This document shows, piece by piece, positions 35,401 to 44,619 of a stretch of DNA of 64,000 nt. Both the position numbers and the translations under genes were made by a program. Within the stretch, counting starts at the first letter, position 1. Each line of letters opens with the position of its first letter. Source of the DNA: an uncultured delta proteobacterium (GTDB lineage Bacteria; Desulfobacterota; Syntrophorhabdia; Syntrophorhabdales; WCHB1-27); assembly GCA_963825005.1 (NCBI GenBank), contig CAWGRP010000007.1, positions 104,045 through 168,044 of the forward strand, read 5' to 3'. The notes under the pieces were generated by a model. The model ran no database searches. It worked only from the letters and a program-made list of their open reading frames with translations, and was not told the origin of the DNA.

Positions 35401-37182
35401 GTGAACGGAGCAGAGCTTCTGGTTGGAACCGCCCGCGCACTCGGTATTGACGTCTGTTTTGCGAACGCGGGCACAACCGAAATACCGATCGTAATGGCGC
35501 TTGATACAGTGAAGGGGATCAGGGCTATCCTCGGGATCTTTGAAGGTGTCTGCACAGGCGCTGCAGACGGATACGGACGGATGACCGGCAGACCGGCCAT
35601 GGCACTTCTGCATCTGGGTCCGGGATTTGCGAACGGCATCGCAAACTTGCACGACGCGCGAAGAGCTGCTACGCCTCTCGTCAATGTTATCGGTCAGCAT
35701 GCTACATGGCACCAGAGCGCAGATCCACCACTCGCGATGGACATCGAGAGCCTGGCCCGCACCGTGTCGGGTTGGGTGCGGACGAGCACATCGGTGGAGA
35801 AACTTTCCAGAGATATGAACGATGCGATCAACGCATCTCTTTTTGGACAGGTGTCGAGTCTCATTGTCCCCCATGATCTTCAACTGGCTGACGCCATGGA
35901 CAACGGTATAGACCTCACGCCTTTCTCGTTCGCGCCGGTCAATGCAGATGTGATCGATAAGGCGGCACGACGGATTCGGGCGGCACAAAAATCGGCATTG
36001 CTTCTCGACGGAAGGGCGCTGAGCAAACCCGGCCTGCACGCTGCTTCACGCATAAGAACGAAATGCAAGTGCAACCTTTTTGCACCTTCCTTTTTTTCCT
36101 GCATGGAACGCGGTGTGGGTTTGCCGGACGTGCAGCGCATCCCCTATTTTCCTGAAGAGGCTATATCTCTTTTGTCCGGCTATGATCTTGTAGTGATAGT
36201 CAATGCGCACGAGCCGGTGACCTTTTTTGGTTATCCCGGTGTTCGGGGTCATATCTTGAGTGACCAACAGCAGAAGCTCTATCTGTGTGAAGGAAGAGAA
36301 GATCCGGTTGAGGCACTTGCTGCCCTCGCCGACGCGCTCGATGCTCCGACCTCACCTGTTCCTGAGAGACCTTCGCCCCGCGCAGCGCTTCCTCATGGCG
36401 CGCTCACAGCAGAGAAGGCTTGTCTCACGGTTGCAGCCATCCAGCCGGAACAGGCAATCATTGTGGATGAGGGGATCACCAGCGGTTTTACTTTTTATCC
36501 GCTCACCGCATTCTCTCCCCCGCACACGTTCCTGACTATCGCGGGAGGTTCAATCGGATACGGGATGCCGTGTGCTACAGGTGCTGCCATTGCGTGCCCT
36601 GATCGCCCCGTGATCAATTTTCAGGCAGACGGAAGCGCCCTGTATACAGCCCAGGCCCTCTGGACACAGGCAAGGGAAGGATTGCACGTCATCACTTTAA
36701 TCTGCTCCAACAGGAGCTATAATATTCTCAAGCTGGAGCTTTCCCGTGCAGGCCTTACATCCTTTGGAGATAATGCCAGGAACCTGACAGAGCTGGATGC
36801 TCCCCCCATCGATTGGATCAGCCTTGCGCGGGGCTTTGGTGTGCCTGCCACGTCCGTCGATACTGCGGAGCGACTTGCGCAGGAGCTGGCCGCAGGTGTG
36901 GCAGAGCCCGGCCCGAGGCTCATCGAGATGGTACTGCATGTAAGACGATTTTTATCGCAGATGTACGCAGATAAGGACGAAGAGAGATGTACGCAGATGA
37001 GTTTGACCGTGTCCAGCATCGCGATACTGCGGCAATGCTGGACACAATTCAGTCGCTCCGCGCAAGGGTGTCACCGTCCGCGAAGCGGCTGCGGGTTGAC
37101 CGGCTGTGGCGCTGTATCACACAGGCGGTCAAAAATTGTATCGGCGTTTATCGTAGCCCTTATCAGCTTTTATCGGCGATGA
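35401..37182 (+). CDS. thiamine pyrophosphate-dependent enzyme (acetolactate synthase large-subunit-like), with its 3' end running into repeat B3
   Basis: N-terminal TPP-pyrimidine domain and C-terminal GGSIGYGMP...QADGSALY...N TPP motif. A family-typical end (...PGPRLIEMVL) is reached near 36935, but the frame stays open for ~77 further codons inside B3. Confidence 0.8.
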   Translation: MNGAELLVGTARALGIDVCFANAGTTEIPIVMALDTVKGIRAILGIFEGVCTGAADGYGRMTGRPAMALLHLGPGFANGIANLHDARRAATPLVNVIGQHATWHQSADPPLAMDIESLARTVSGWVRTSTSVEKLSRDMNDAINASLFGQVSSLIVPHDLQLADAMDNGIDLTPFSFAPVNADVIDKAARRIRAAQKSALLLDGRALSKPGLHAASRIRTKCKCNLFAPSFFSCMERGVGLPDVQRIPYFPEEAISLLSGYDLVVIVNAHEPVTFFGYPGVRGHILSDQQQKLYLCEGREDPVEALAALADALDAPTSPVPERPSPRAALPHGALTAEKACLTVAAIQPEQAIIVDEGITSGFTFYPLTAFSPPHTFLTIAGGSIGYGMPCATGAAIACPDRPVINFQADGSALYTAQALWTQAREGLHVITLICSNRSYNILKLELSRAGLTSFGDNARNLTELDAPPIDWISLARGFGVPATSVDTAERLAQELAAGVAEPGPRLIEMVLHVRRFLSQMYADKDEERCTQMSLTVSSIAILRQCWTQFSRSAQGCHRPRSGCGLTGCGAVSHRRSKIVSAFIVALISFYRR

Positions 37183-37195
37183 AAAAGCCTTGTCT
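36951..37195 (+). mobile_element. family-B structured element, copy B3
   Basis: Starts TTTATCGCAGATGTACGCAGATAAGGACG and ends TTTATCGGCGATGAAAAAGCCTTGTCT. Same hairpins as B2. Confidence 0.8.
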
Positions 37196-37264
37196 TGAGA
37201 AGCGGGTGGTGACTGACAGTTGTCGCAAAGTTTACATAACTCCATAGCGACATTGGAGGAGAAG

Positions 37265-38047
37265 ATGAAAGAGATGATCGATCAGGCAGCCGAATGGATC
37301 GCACACGCAAAGGCGGTTGTCGTGTTTGCGGGAGCCGGCCTCAGCACCGAATCGGGAATACCTGACTTCAGGAGCCCCGGAGGCGTATGGGACCGGTACA
37401 ATCCCGAAGATTTCTATTTCCAGAACTTCCTTGCCAGCGAAGCGTCCAGAGAGAAATACTGGCAGATGGCAACCGAGATGTATGAGCCCATGAAGAAAGC
37501 CCAGCCTAACGCGGCCCACCTGGCAATCGCCGAGCTCGAAATTCTGGGCAAACTTGATAGCGTCATCACGCAGAATATAGACGGGCTCCATCACAAGGCC
37601 GGCAATTCGGAAGGAAAGATCATCGAGCTTCACGGCACTGCCACCTATGTCTCCTGTTTGAGCTGCAAGAAAAGATATGACCGCGATGCCATTCAAGAAC
37701 GAGTACGCAAAGGTGAGAAGGCTCCGCGCTGCGACAGTTGCGGCGGTTTACTCAAACCCGCCACGATCTCCTTCGGACAGGCAATGCCGGAGAGGGAAAC
37801 AGAAGAAGCGTACCGACGGTCCGCAGCGTGCGATCTCTTCATTGTAGTCGGTTCGTCGCTCGTGGTTCAGCCGGCAGCGTCAATGCCGCTTATTGCAAAA
37901 CGGAGCGGCTCAAAGCTCGTGATCATAAACCGCGACGAGACGCCGCTGGATGATCTCGCCGATCTTGTGATACGCGGGCAGGCCGGCCCGGTGATGGCGG
38001 CCATTCTCGAGGTAACCAAAAAGAGAATGAGGATAGGCCTCGCGTAG
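37265..38047 (+). CDS. cobB: NAD-dependent protein deacylase, SIR2 family
   Basis: GAGLSTESGIPDFRS, QNIDGLH and HG motifs, and a Zn ribbon CLSC...CDSCGG. ATG 37265 is preceded by GGAGGAG. Confidence 0.88.
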   Translation: MKEMIDQAAEWIAHAKAVVVFAGAGLSTESGIPDFRSPGGVWDRYNPEDFYFQNFLASEASREKYWQMATEMYEPMKKAQPNAAHLAIAELEILGKLDSVITQNIDGLHHKAGNSEGKIIELHGTATYVSCLSCKKRYDRDAIQERVRKGEKAPRCDSCGGLLKPATISFGQAMPERETEEAYRRSAACDLFIVVGSSLVVQPAASMPLIAKRSGSKLVIINRDETPLDDLADLVIRGQAGPVMAAILEVTKKRMRIGLA

Positions 38048-38048
38048 G

Positions 38049-38110
38049 AGTCAGACCGCTCCGCTAGGAAGAGGGAAGATCGCGCTACGCGCTAGGAAGA
38101 TGGAAGAAGG
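38049..38110 (-). repeat. family-C repeat, copy C2
   Basis: The reverse complement is CCTTCTTCCATCTTCCTAG-CGCGTAGCGCG-ATCTTCCCTCTTCCTAGCGGAGCGGTCTGACTC. It starts 2 nt after the sirtuin stop. Confidence 0.75.
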
Positions 38111-38152
38111 AAATCTAAACCTACCAAACGGGATCGTTCGCAGTTTGCAGTG

Positions 38153-38210
38153 GCTTCCTAGTCACGCGGAGGCGTGACGGTCTTCCTAGCGGATGAAATG
38201 AGCGGTCTTC
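38153..38210 (+). repeat. family-C repeat, copy C3 (shorter)
   Basis: GCTTCCTAG-GTCACGC GGAG GCGTGAC-GGTCTTCCTAGCGGA...GAGCGGTCT. Inverted relative to C2, about 40 nt away. Confidence 0.65.
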
Positions 38211-38227
38211 TTAAGAGGGAGCGCGTT

Positions 38228-38797
38228 ATGATTAAAGACCTTATCAAGGCAAACAGGAGTCACAGGAGGTTTCAACAGGACAAGCCAATAGCGCACGAGG
38301 TATTGAGGGAGCTTGTTGGCTTGACTCGCCTCGTAGCCTCGGCGCAAAATCTGCAGCCGCTAAAATACATTCTCTCCAGCACACCCGAAAAGAATAATCT
38401 CATTTTCACTTGTCTGGGGTGGGCAGGATATTTGAAGGACTGGCCCGGGCCGGTACAGGGCGAACGGCCGGTCGCCTACATAATCATCCTGGGCGACAGG
38501 GAGATCACCCGAAACTATTATTGTAATGATGGCATCGCTGCTCAAACCATGCTTCTTGCGGGAGTTGAACTCGGATTGCGAGGATGCATGATCGCCAACA
38601 TTCAGCGAGAAAAGCTACGGGCCGCACTCAGCATCCCGGAAAAGTATGATATCCTGCTTGCCATAGCGTTGGGCTATCCCAATGAAACAGTGGTCATCGA
38701 GGAAGTGAAGGACGGGGACATCAAGTACTGGCGGGACGAGAAGGGCGTGCACCACGTGCCGAAGCGCAGTCTCTCACAAATCATCCTGGATCTTTAA
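38228..38797 (+). CDS. nitroreductase family protein
   Basis: MIKDLIKANRSHRRFQ N-terminus typical of the family; 189 aa from ATG 38228. The track start at 38174 lies in repeat C3. Confidence 0.85.
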   Translation: MIKDLIKANRSHRRFQQDKPIAHEVLRELVGLTRLVASAQNLQPLKYILSSTPEKNNLIFTCLGWAGYLKDWPGPVQGERPVAYIIILGDREITRNYYCNDGIAAQTMLLAGVELGLRGCMIANIQREKLRAALSIPEKYDILLAIALGYPNETVVIEEVKDGDIKYWRDEKGVHHVPKRSLSQIILDL

Positions 38798-39010
38798 CAC
38801 CACTCTCCGGATCTTTCTGCCCACGCTGTACAGCACTGAATCAAAAGATGGCGAGCACTGCCTGCGCGCAGGAACCAAGGCTTCGGCATCCGGCCTCATT
38901 TACAAAGGCACTTTTAATGTTTATGAATATTCCAAGGTGCGATGGAGATAGAAGACAGACAATATTTACGAAAAGGCTGACGGATGGGACGTCCGACTCG
39001 AGAATAAGAT

Positions 39011-39262
39011 CTTATCGCCGATGTACGCAGATAAAGGCCAAGAGAGATATACGCAGATGAGTTTGCCTGTGGACAGCATTGTGATACAGCGTCAATGCTG
39101 TTCATCCACCCGCACGCGGGTACCCGGTCGCTCCCGCGAGACTATCACCGTCCGCGAAGCGGATCGGGGTTGAACGGCTGTGCCGCTCTATCGCACAGGC
39201 GGTCAAAGATAAACTATCCGCTCTTATCGTAGTAGCCCTTATCCGCTTTAATCTGCGATAAA
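39011..39262 (+). mobile_element. family-B structured element, copy B4 (with extra internal hairpin)
   Basis: Starts CTTATCGCCGATGTACGCAGATAAAGGCC and ends CCCTTATCCGCTTTAATCTGCGATAAA. The hairpin-1 3' arm carries a 4-nt bulge, and an inserted ACCCGCACGCGGGT hairpin follows. Confidence 0.8.
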
Positions 39263-39285
39263 GGGGCTCTGAGGCAAGAGGGTAT

Positions 39286-39974
39286 ATGAAAAAGCATGCG
39301 GCACAGATTGTAGTCCTTTGCGTTCTGATCGCATTTATTGTGGCTATCAAGGTGTCCGGCGCCGGCAGCTATCTCACGATTGAGAACCTGCGACTGCATA
39401 AGGAACAGCTGGAACAGTTCATCAGTTCTCACTACAGCTTTTCCGTTCTTATCTACCTTTCAACCTATTTTGTTGTAGTGGCGTTTTCTCTCCCCGGCGC
39501 TACCGTGCTGACGCTGGCAGGTGGTTTTCTCTTTCATCTTTTCCCTGGTGTCATTTATGTGAATATTGGAGCGACAGTCGGGGCCACGTTCGCCTTTCTT
39601 CTATCCCGGTACATATTGGGAAATGCGATCCAGCGCAAATACGGGGCGCAGCTCGCGAGGTTCAACAAGGAACTCAATGAGAACGGCCATTTTTACCTTC
39701 TCTCCGTTCGGTTCATCCCGGCATTTCCTTTCTTTGTCATCAACATCCTTTCAGGACTGACAAACGTCCCGCTCTGGACCTACGTATGGACCACGTGCAT
39801 CGGCATCATGCCGGGATCTCTCGTTTACACGTTCGCCGGCAGCCAACTGGGAGACGATAAACTCAGTACGGATCTGTTTACGGGGGAAGGATCCTGCTCG
39901 CCTTTCTTTTGCTCGCAGCCCTCACGCTCGTTCCGCTGGTAATAAAAAAGGTTCGGGCAAGGTCCGCCCATTAA
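39286..39974 (+). pseudogene. TVP38/TMEM64 (DedA/SNARE-associated) family membrane protein, 3' end frameshifted
   Basis: Colinear with the paralog 39998..40684 up to ...FAGSQL. The remaining ETINSVR / DLFTG / RILLAFLLLAALTLVPLVIKKVRARSAH* can only be read by switching frames between 39848 and 39890. Confidence 0.75.
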
Positions 39975-39997
39975 TTACTCCATTTCCAGGGGCAGCA

Positions 39998-40684
39998 GTG
40001 AGTAGTCCGGTCAAAAAGATTCTACTTGTTTGCATAATCGTGGCCGGGCTGGTTGCGGTGAAGGTTTCGGGGATTTTCGATCACGTGACGCTGGAGGAGC
40101 TGAAGCGGGATGGGCAGGCATTACGCGAGACAGTACACGGTCACTACATTATTTCGGTGCTCATCTATACGGTCGGCTATGCTCTTTCAGTCGCAGCGGC
40201 GATGCCCGGAGACATAGTGCTCAGCATAGCAGGAGGCTACTTTTTCGGCATCCTCTTCGGGGCTCTTTACATAAACATCGGTGCAACGGCCGGCGCATTC
40301 TGCTCGTTTCTCTTTTCGCGCTACGTGGCAGGAGATTGGCTGCAGAGGCGCTACAGCCGACAGCTCGATCGGTTCAACCGGGAAGTCGAGGAACGCGGCT
40401 ATCTCTATCTTCTCATCGTCAGGCTTATACCACTCTTCCCGTTTGTGCTGATCAACCTGCTCTCCGGTCTGACTAAGGTCTCTCTCGGAACCTTTCTCTG
40501 GACAACGTCCCTCGGGATCATACCTGTGTCGCTGCTGTATGCGTACGCCGGCAGCCAGCTGGAAAGCATAAATTCGGTTCGAGATCTGTTCACGTGGCGA
40601 ACCCTTCTTGCATTCCTATTGCTCGCAATTTTAGCCCTTACGCCGTTACTGGCAAAGAAGCTACGCTCCAAACCCACGCGGTAG
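39998..40684 (+). CDS. TVP38/TMEM64 (DedA/SNARE-associated) family membrane protein
   Basis: 228 aa, GTG start; RLIPLFPFVLINLLSGLT family motif. Confidence 0.85.
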   Translation: MSSPVKKILLVCIIVAGLVAVKVSGIFDHVTLEELKRDGQALRETVHGHYIISVLIYTVGYALSVAAAMPGDIVLSIAGGYFFGILFGALYINIGATAGAFCSFLFSRYVAGDWLQRRYSRQLDRFNREVEERGYLYLLIVRLIPLFPFVLINLLSGLTKVSLGTFLWTTSLGIIPVSLLYAYAGSQLESINSVRDLFTWRTLLAFLLLAILALTPLLAKKLRSKPTR

Positions 40685-40909
40685 TTTCCACCTCTCCTGG
40701 TAGGAGACCATTTTGCAGAAAGTGGTTCATGAGTTTCTCGACATTTTTCTTTCTTCCTGAAATCGCGCACGCAGGCTGTCCTCACGCTCTTGCCGGCTTT
40801 GTAATGGTAGTAGCGGCCTTAAGCTCGCGCACAGTGGCATGTCACGGTGCCCATGTTGTAGCATGGTTCCAGGCGTTCTTGGTTTTCACGCTGGTTCCCG
40901 AACATATTG

Positions 40910-42421
40910 CTATTTCCCTTCTTTGGCAATCTTCTGGACGTCCTTCTTGAGCTCTCGCTTCAACGGCTTTCCGGTAGGCGCTTTCGGCAGCTTGTCCAGA
41001 ACGATAAACTCTTTCGGCACCTTATAAGAGGCGAGAGACTTCTTGAGAAACGCCTTCAATTCTTTGACGTCCAGAAGCTTATCCTTCTGTCTCAGCACAA
41101 GACACGCCGTCACCCTTTCCCCATATTCGGGGTCGGGCAGGCCTATAACGGCGCATTCTTCGACTCCGGGCCATTTGTAGAGCACTTCCTCGACCTCGCG
41201 CGGGTACACGTTCTCGCCCCCGGTTATGACCATGTCCTTCAGGCGATCGACGACGAACAGGTATCCCTCATCGTTAAAGATGCCCACATCGCCGCTTCGC
41301 AGCCAGCCACCTTCCCGGAAGAGATTTGCTGTCTCTTCGGGGTTGTTCAGATACCCGTTCATGATGTTCGGCCCTTTGATGCAAATCTCACCTTCCCTAC
41401 CCTCGGGAACAACATTCCCCTCAGGGTCCATGAGCTGAACCTCAACGGTGTTGACCGGCGTCCCAACAGAACCGATTACATGCCTGAAGTAGTGGTTATA
41501 TGTGACCATTGATGCCGTCTCCGTCATACCGTATGCCTCGTGGACATCAAGCCCCGTGAGCCATTTCCATTCCCTTACGAGCTCGGCCGGCATAGCCGAC
41601 GCGGAGACGAAATAGTAGCGAACGGAAGCCAGTCTTTCCCGTATGCCTTCCGTCCTTAGAAGTCGGATGTAGATGGTGGGCACGCCATACAACTTGGTGA
41701 TCCCGTACCGGCCCATGGCATCCAGGACCTTGTCCATGTCAAAGGCGGATTGCACAACCAACGAGCCGCCACAATAGATCATGGACCCCATAATATGTAT
41801 CTGGCCGAACACGTGGTTCATAGGAAGGAAGCACATGGCTCTGTCTTCCTTGAAAGAACGTTCGAAATGAGCAACGTTATGGGCCGAGGAAATCATATTC
41901 TCGTGGCTCAGCATGACCCCCTTGGGCAGCCCGGTCGTGCCTCCGGTATAGAGAATGCTCCCTGTTCGTCTGCGCTCCACGTCGATCGCACGAAAGCTCG
42001 GCGTCCCTTCCTTCAAAAGCCCGTCAAAGGAGTGTTCGGTGTCGGGGGAGATTATCGAAGCGAGATAGTCCCGGACGTTCGGACCGAGGTCACCCAACTT
42101 ATCTTCGGTGGTGAAAAGCACCTTCGGCCGAGCGTCATTTAACAACATGTTCAGATCGTCCTTAGCAAGAGCGCTGGAGAGGGTGACTGCCACGCCTCCC
42201 GTCTTGAGGACACCGAAGTAAAAGGCGATCCATTTGTAGGAATTGGGTGTGCACAGCGCAATGTGATCGCCCGGCCGAACAGACATATCGATCAGTGCGG
42301 TGGCGATACGATTTGCCTCTTCATTGAGACGCGCGTAAGAAAACTCCTCCCCATCGTCCACGACCGCTATGCGATCCGGAAAACAGAGAGCGGACATTTC
42401 AAGGTTCCTCGCGTAATTCAT
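40910..42421 (-). CDS. AMP-dependent acyl-CoA synthetase/ligase
   Basis: YTGGTTGLPKGV AMP-binding motif, GYGMTE, and the GWLRSGD...DRLKDMVITGGENVYP hinge. Paralog of 52348..53865. Confidence 0.92.
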   Translation of the reverse strand: MNYARNLEMSALCFPDRIAVVDDGEEFSYARLNEEANRIATALIDMSVRPGDHIALCTPNSYKWIAFYFGVLKTGGVAVTLSSALAKDDLNMLLNDARPKVLFTTEDKLGDLGPNVRDYLASIISPDTEHSFDGLLKEGTPSFRAIDVERRRTGSILYTGGTTGLPKGVMLSHENMISSAHNVAHFERSFKEDRAMCFLPMNHVFGQIHIMGSMIYCGGSLVVQSAFDMDKVLDAMGRYGITKLYGVPTIYIRLLRTEGIRERLASVRYYFVSASAMPAELVREWKWLTGLDVHEAYGMTETASMVTYNHYFRHVIGSVGTPVNTVEVQLMDPEGNVVPEGREGEICIKGPNIMNGYLNNPEETANLFREGGWLRSGDVGIFNDEGYLFVVDRLKDMVITGGENVYPREVEEVLYKWPGVEECAVIGLPDPEYGERVTACLVLRQKDKLLDVKELKAFLKKSLASYKVPKEFIVLDKLPKAPTGKPLKRELKKDVQKIAKEGK

Positions 42422-42460
42422 TTCATCTGCTCCTTCGCGAACGTTTCTGTATGGAAGTAC

Positions 42461-43261
42461 CTAATGCACTATGTGGTGTCCGCAGTTCACCACCAGGGTC
42501 TGCCCGGTTATTGCGGATGCCTCGTCTGATGCGAAAAACAGCGCCGCAGACGCAACTTCCCTTTCCTCGGCGAATCGGCCAAGTGAATAGTTTGTGCCGG
42601 TCACTTTGCTCAGGAGGTCATCAAAGGTGATGCCCAAGGCCCGTGCCCGGCTGGTAAAGATGTTGCGGATGCGTTCGCCCATGACCCCGGCAGGGCTTAC
42701 GGCGTTCACGCGAATGTCGTACTGGCCGACCTCGACGGACATTGTCTCGGCGAGCCCTATCATGCCGATCTTGGAGCAGGTGTACGGGCTTCGTTTCGGG
42801 AAGCCTGATTTTCCGTCACAGCCCCTGCCCCCCTCCGAGGTGATCATGATTATCGCCCCGCTTTTTTGAGGGATCATATGCTTCAGTACTTCCCTGGAAC
42901 AGAGCATAGCGCCGGTGAGGTTTACTGCGATCGTTTCATTCCAGGCGGCCAGATCCATTTCGACCACCGGGGCGGTGGGACCTGTGATGCCGCTGTTGTT
43001 CACAAGTATGTCAATTTTTCCATACTCGTCAATGGTTCGGGCTACCATTTCCTTTATCTGCTCTTCGTTCGAGACGTCTGCCTGTATAGCAGTCACCCTC
43101 CCGTTCCGCGAACGGATCTCTTCTGCAGTATCCTGCAATTGCGAGAGGGATCGACCCGATATGATCACACTGGCGCCTTCGGCGGCAAAGGCCAGCGATA
43201 TAGCTCTGCCGATCCCTCTTCCTCCGCCTGTTACGATAGCCACCTTATCCTTTAGTCGCAT
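42461..43261 (-). CDS. SDR family oxidoreductase
   Basis: TGGGRGIG, NNSG, YTCSK; paralog of 46749..47532. Confidence 0.9.
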   Translation of the reverse strand: MRLKDKVAIVTGGGRGIGRAISLAFAAEGASVIISGRSLSQLQDTAEEIRSRNGRVTAIQADVSNEEQIKEMVARTIDEYGKIDILVNNSGITGPTAPVVEMDLAAWNETIAVNLTGAMLCSREVLKHMIPQKSGAIIMITSEGGRGCDGKSGFPKRSPYTCSKIGMIGLAETMSVEVGQYDIRVNAVSPAGVMGERIRNIFTSRARALGITFDDLLSKVTGTNYSLGRFAEEREVASAALFFASDEASAITGQTLVVNCGHHIVH

Positions 43262-43314
43262 GCGATACGCTCCTTACCTGTTTTAGCATTGAGTTCCACC
43301 GCAGTTATCACCTA

Positions 43315-44619
43315 TTAACGACCCATGAGCACACCCGGGAGCCATGTTGCGATGCCGGGGAAGATGAAGAGCAGAATGGCACCGACAATCAGGCTGATCA
43401 GGAACGGGTAAACACCCTGGTAGATAACGCCCATCGGGATCTTGGTAATCTGTTTGACTATGAATACGCAGATGGCCACGGGTGGAATAACAACGCCAAT
43501 CATAACGGTGATGGCGATGATCATGCTGAACCATATAGGATCGTACCCCAGCTTGACGATGGCCGGAAAAAAGATCGGGGTTGCCAGGATCATGAATGCA
43601 AGGTCATCGATAAATGAGCCCCCTATGAGGTATATGAAGGAAATCATGATGACAATAATGGTAGGAGGGAAAGGCAGGGAGACGATCCAGTCGGCAGCCA
43701 GCATAGGAATCTTGGTTACGGCGATAAAGTGACCGAGTATAGTGGAACTCATGACGAGCAGCAGAACCATGCAGGCGGTCCTGACAGACTCAATTATAGA
43801 TTTAACATAGCCCTTCAGGTCCAGGTCTCTTTTTAGCAAGGTGAGAAGGAGAACCAGACACGTGCCCACGCTCCCTGCTTCGGTGGGCGTGAAGAACCCC
43901 TTCATGATGCCTCCCACCATCAGAAGAAAGACCACGACCACCCATCCCACGTCGGGAATCACCTTCAGCCGTGCGTTCCAGGAGAAAACAGGACCCTTGG
44001 GACCCACGGCAGGGTTGATCTTACACCATCCATAAATGACGATGACGAAGAATGCGGCGATAATCAGCCCGGGGAAGACCCCTGCGAGAAAGAGCCTCCC
44101 GATCGACTGGTCGGAAATAATACCGAATATAATAAGCGTAACGCTTGGGGGGAGGAGAATACCGAGAGTCCCCACGCTGGCCACGATACCTGACGATAGC
44201 CTTCTGTCATACCCGTAACGCTCCATTTCGGGAACTGCAACGGCCGCGAACGTTGCAGTGGTGGCCGGCGTGGAGCCGCATATGGCCTTAAACGCCGTTG
44301 CGCCGGCTACGGTTGCGATGGCAAGCCCCCCGGGGATGTGGCCGACGTACTTATACGACGCATCGAAGAGCTTCTTGGCTATGCCCGAATTGAATGCGAC
44401 TTGCCCCATCAGTATGAACAGAGGTACAACAGTGAGGCTGTACGATGTAAACACATCGAAAAAATCTTTTGCCAGAAGGTTCAGTGCCGCTTCCCACGAC
44501 ATGAGATAGCCGAACCCCACAAAACCCACCGCAATCATGGCAAACGACATCTCTATGCCCGTCATGAAAAGGGCTAAGACCAATCCCAGACCGATAATGC
44601 CTATAGCCACCTCATTCAT
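43315..44619 (-). CDS. dctM: TRAP transporter large permease
   Basis: Polytopic, about 434 aa, family-typical. ATG 44619 overlaps the dctQ stop by 8 nt. Confidence 0.92.
   Translation of the reverse strand: MNEVAIGIIGLGLVLALFMTGIEMSFAMIAVGFVGFGYLMSWEAALNLLAKDFFDVFTSYSLTVVPLFILMGQVAFNSGIAKKLFDASYKYVGHIPGGLAIATVAGATAFKAICGSTPATTATFAAVAVPEMERYGYDRRLSSGIVASVGTLGILLPPSVTLIIFGIISDQSIGRLFLAGVFPGLIIAAFFVIVIYGWCKINPAVGPKGPVFSWNARLKVIPDVGWVVVVFLLMVGGIMKGFFTPTEAGSVGTCLVLLLTLLKRDLDLKGYVKSIIESVRTACMVLLLVMSSTILGHFIAVTKIPMLAADWIVSLPFPPTIIVIMISFIYLIGGSFIDDLAFMILATPIFFPAIVKLGYDPIWFSMIIAITVMIGVVIPPVAICVFIVKQITKIPMGVIYQGVYPFLISLIVGAILLFIFPGIATWLPGVLMGR

Noticed and set aside
37265-38047. A SIR2-domain protein as a possible defence effector (Thoeris/DSR/SIR2-HerA type).
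   Set aside because: This is a compact ~260-aa canonical sirtuin with an intact Zn ribbon and GAGxS/QNIDxLH motifs. It has no fused sensor domain and no partner genes, so housekeeping CobB-type deacylase is the simpler reading.
31689-39262. An integron-like cassette array: family-B repeats separating unrelated genes that mostly point the same way.
   Set aside because: There is no intI integrase or attI. The element ends (TTATCGCAGAT / ATCTGCGATAA) lack the RYYYAAC / GTTRRRY attC cores. The elements are ~240 bp, whereas attC sites are usually 57-141 bp. One copy is inverted, and some 'cassettes' would contain four genes or a 1.6-kb enzyme gene.
13000-40000. The mixed accessory region as a horizontally acquired genomic island or prophage.
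   Set aside because: There is no integrase, transposase, tRNA boundary, phage structural gene or obvious direct-repeat island border. Compositional deviation could not be computed here, and by eye the base composition looks uniform.
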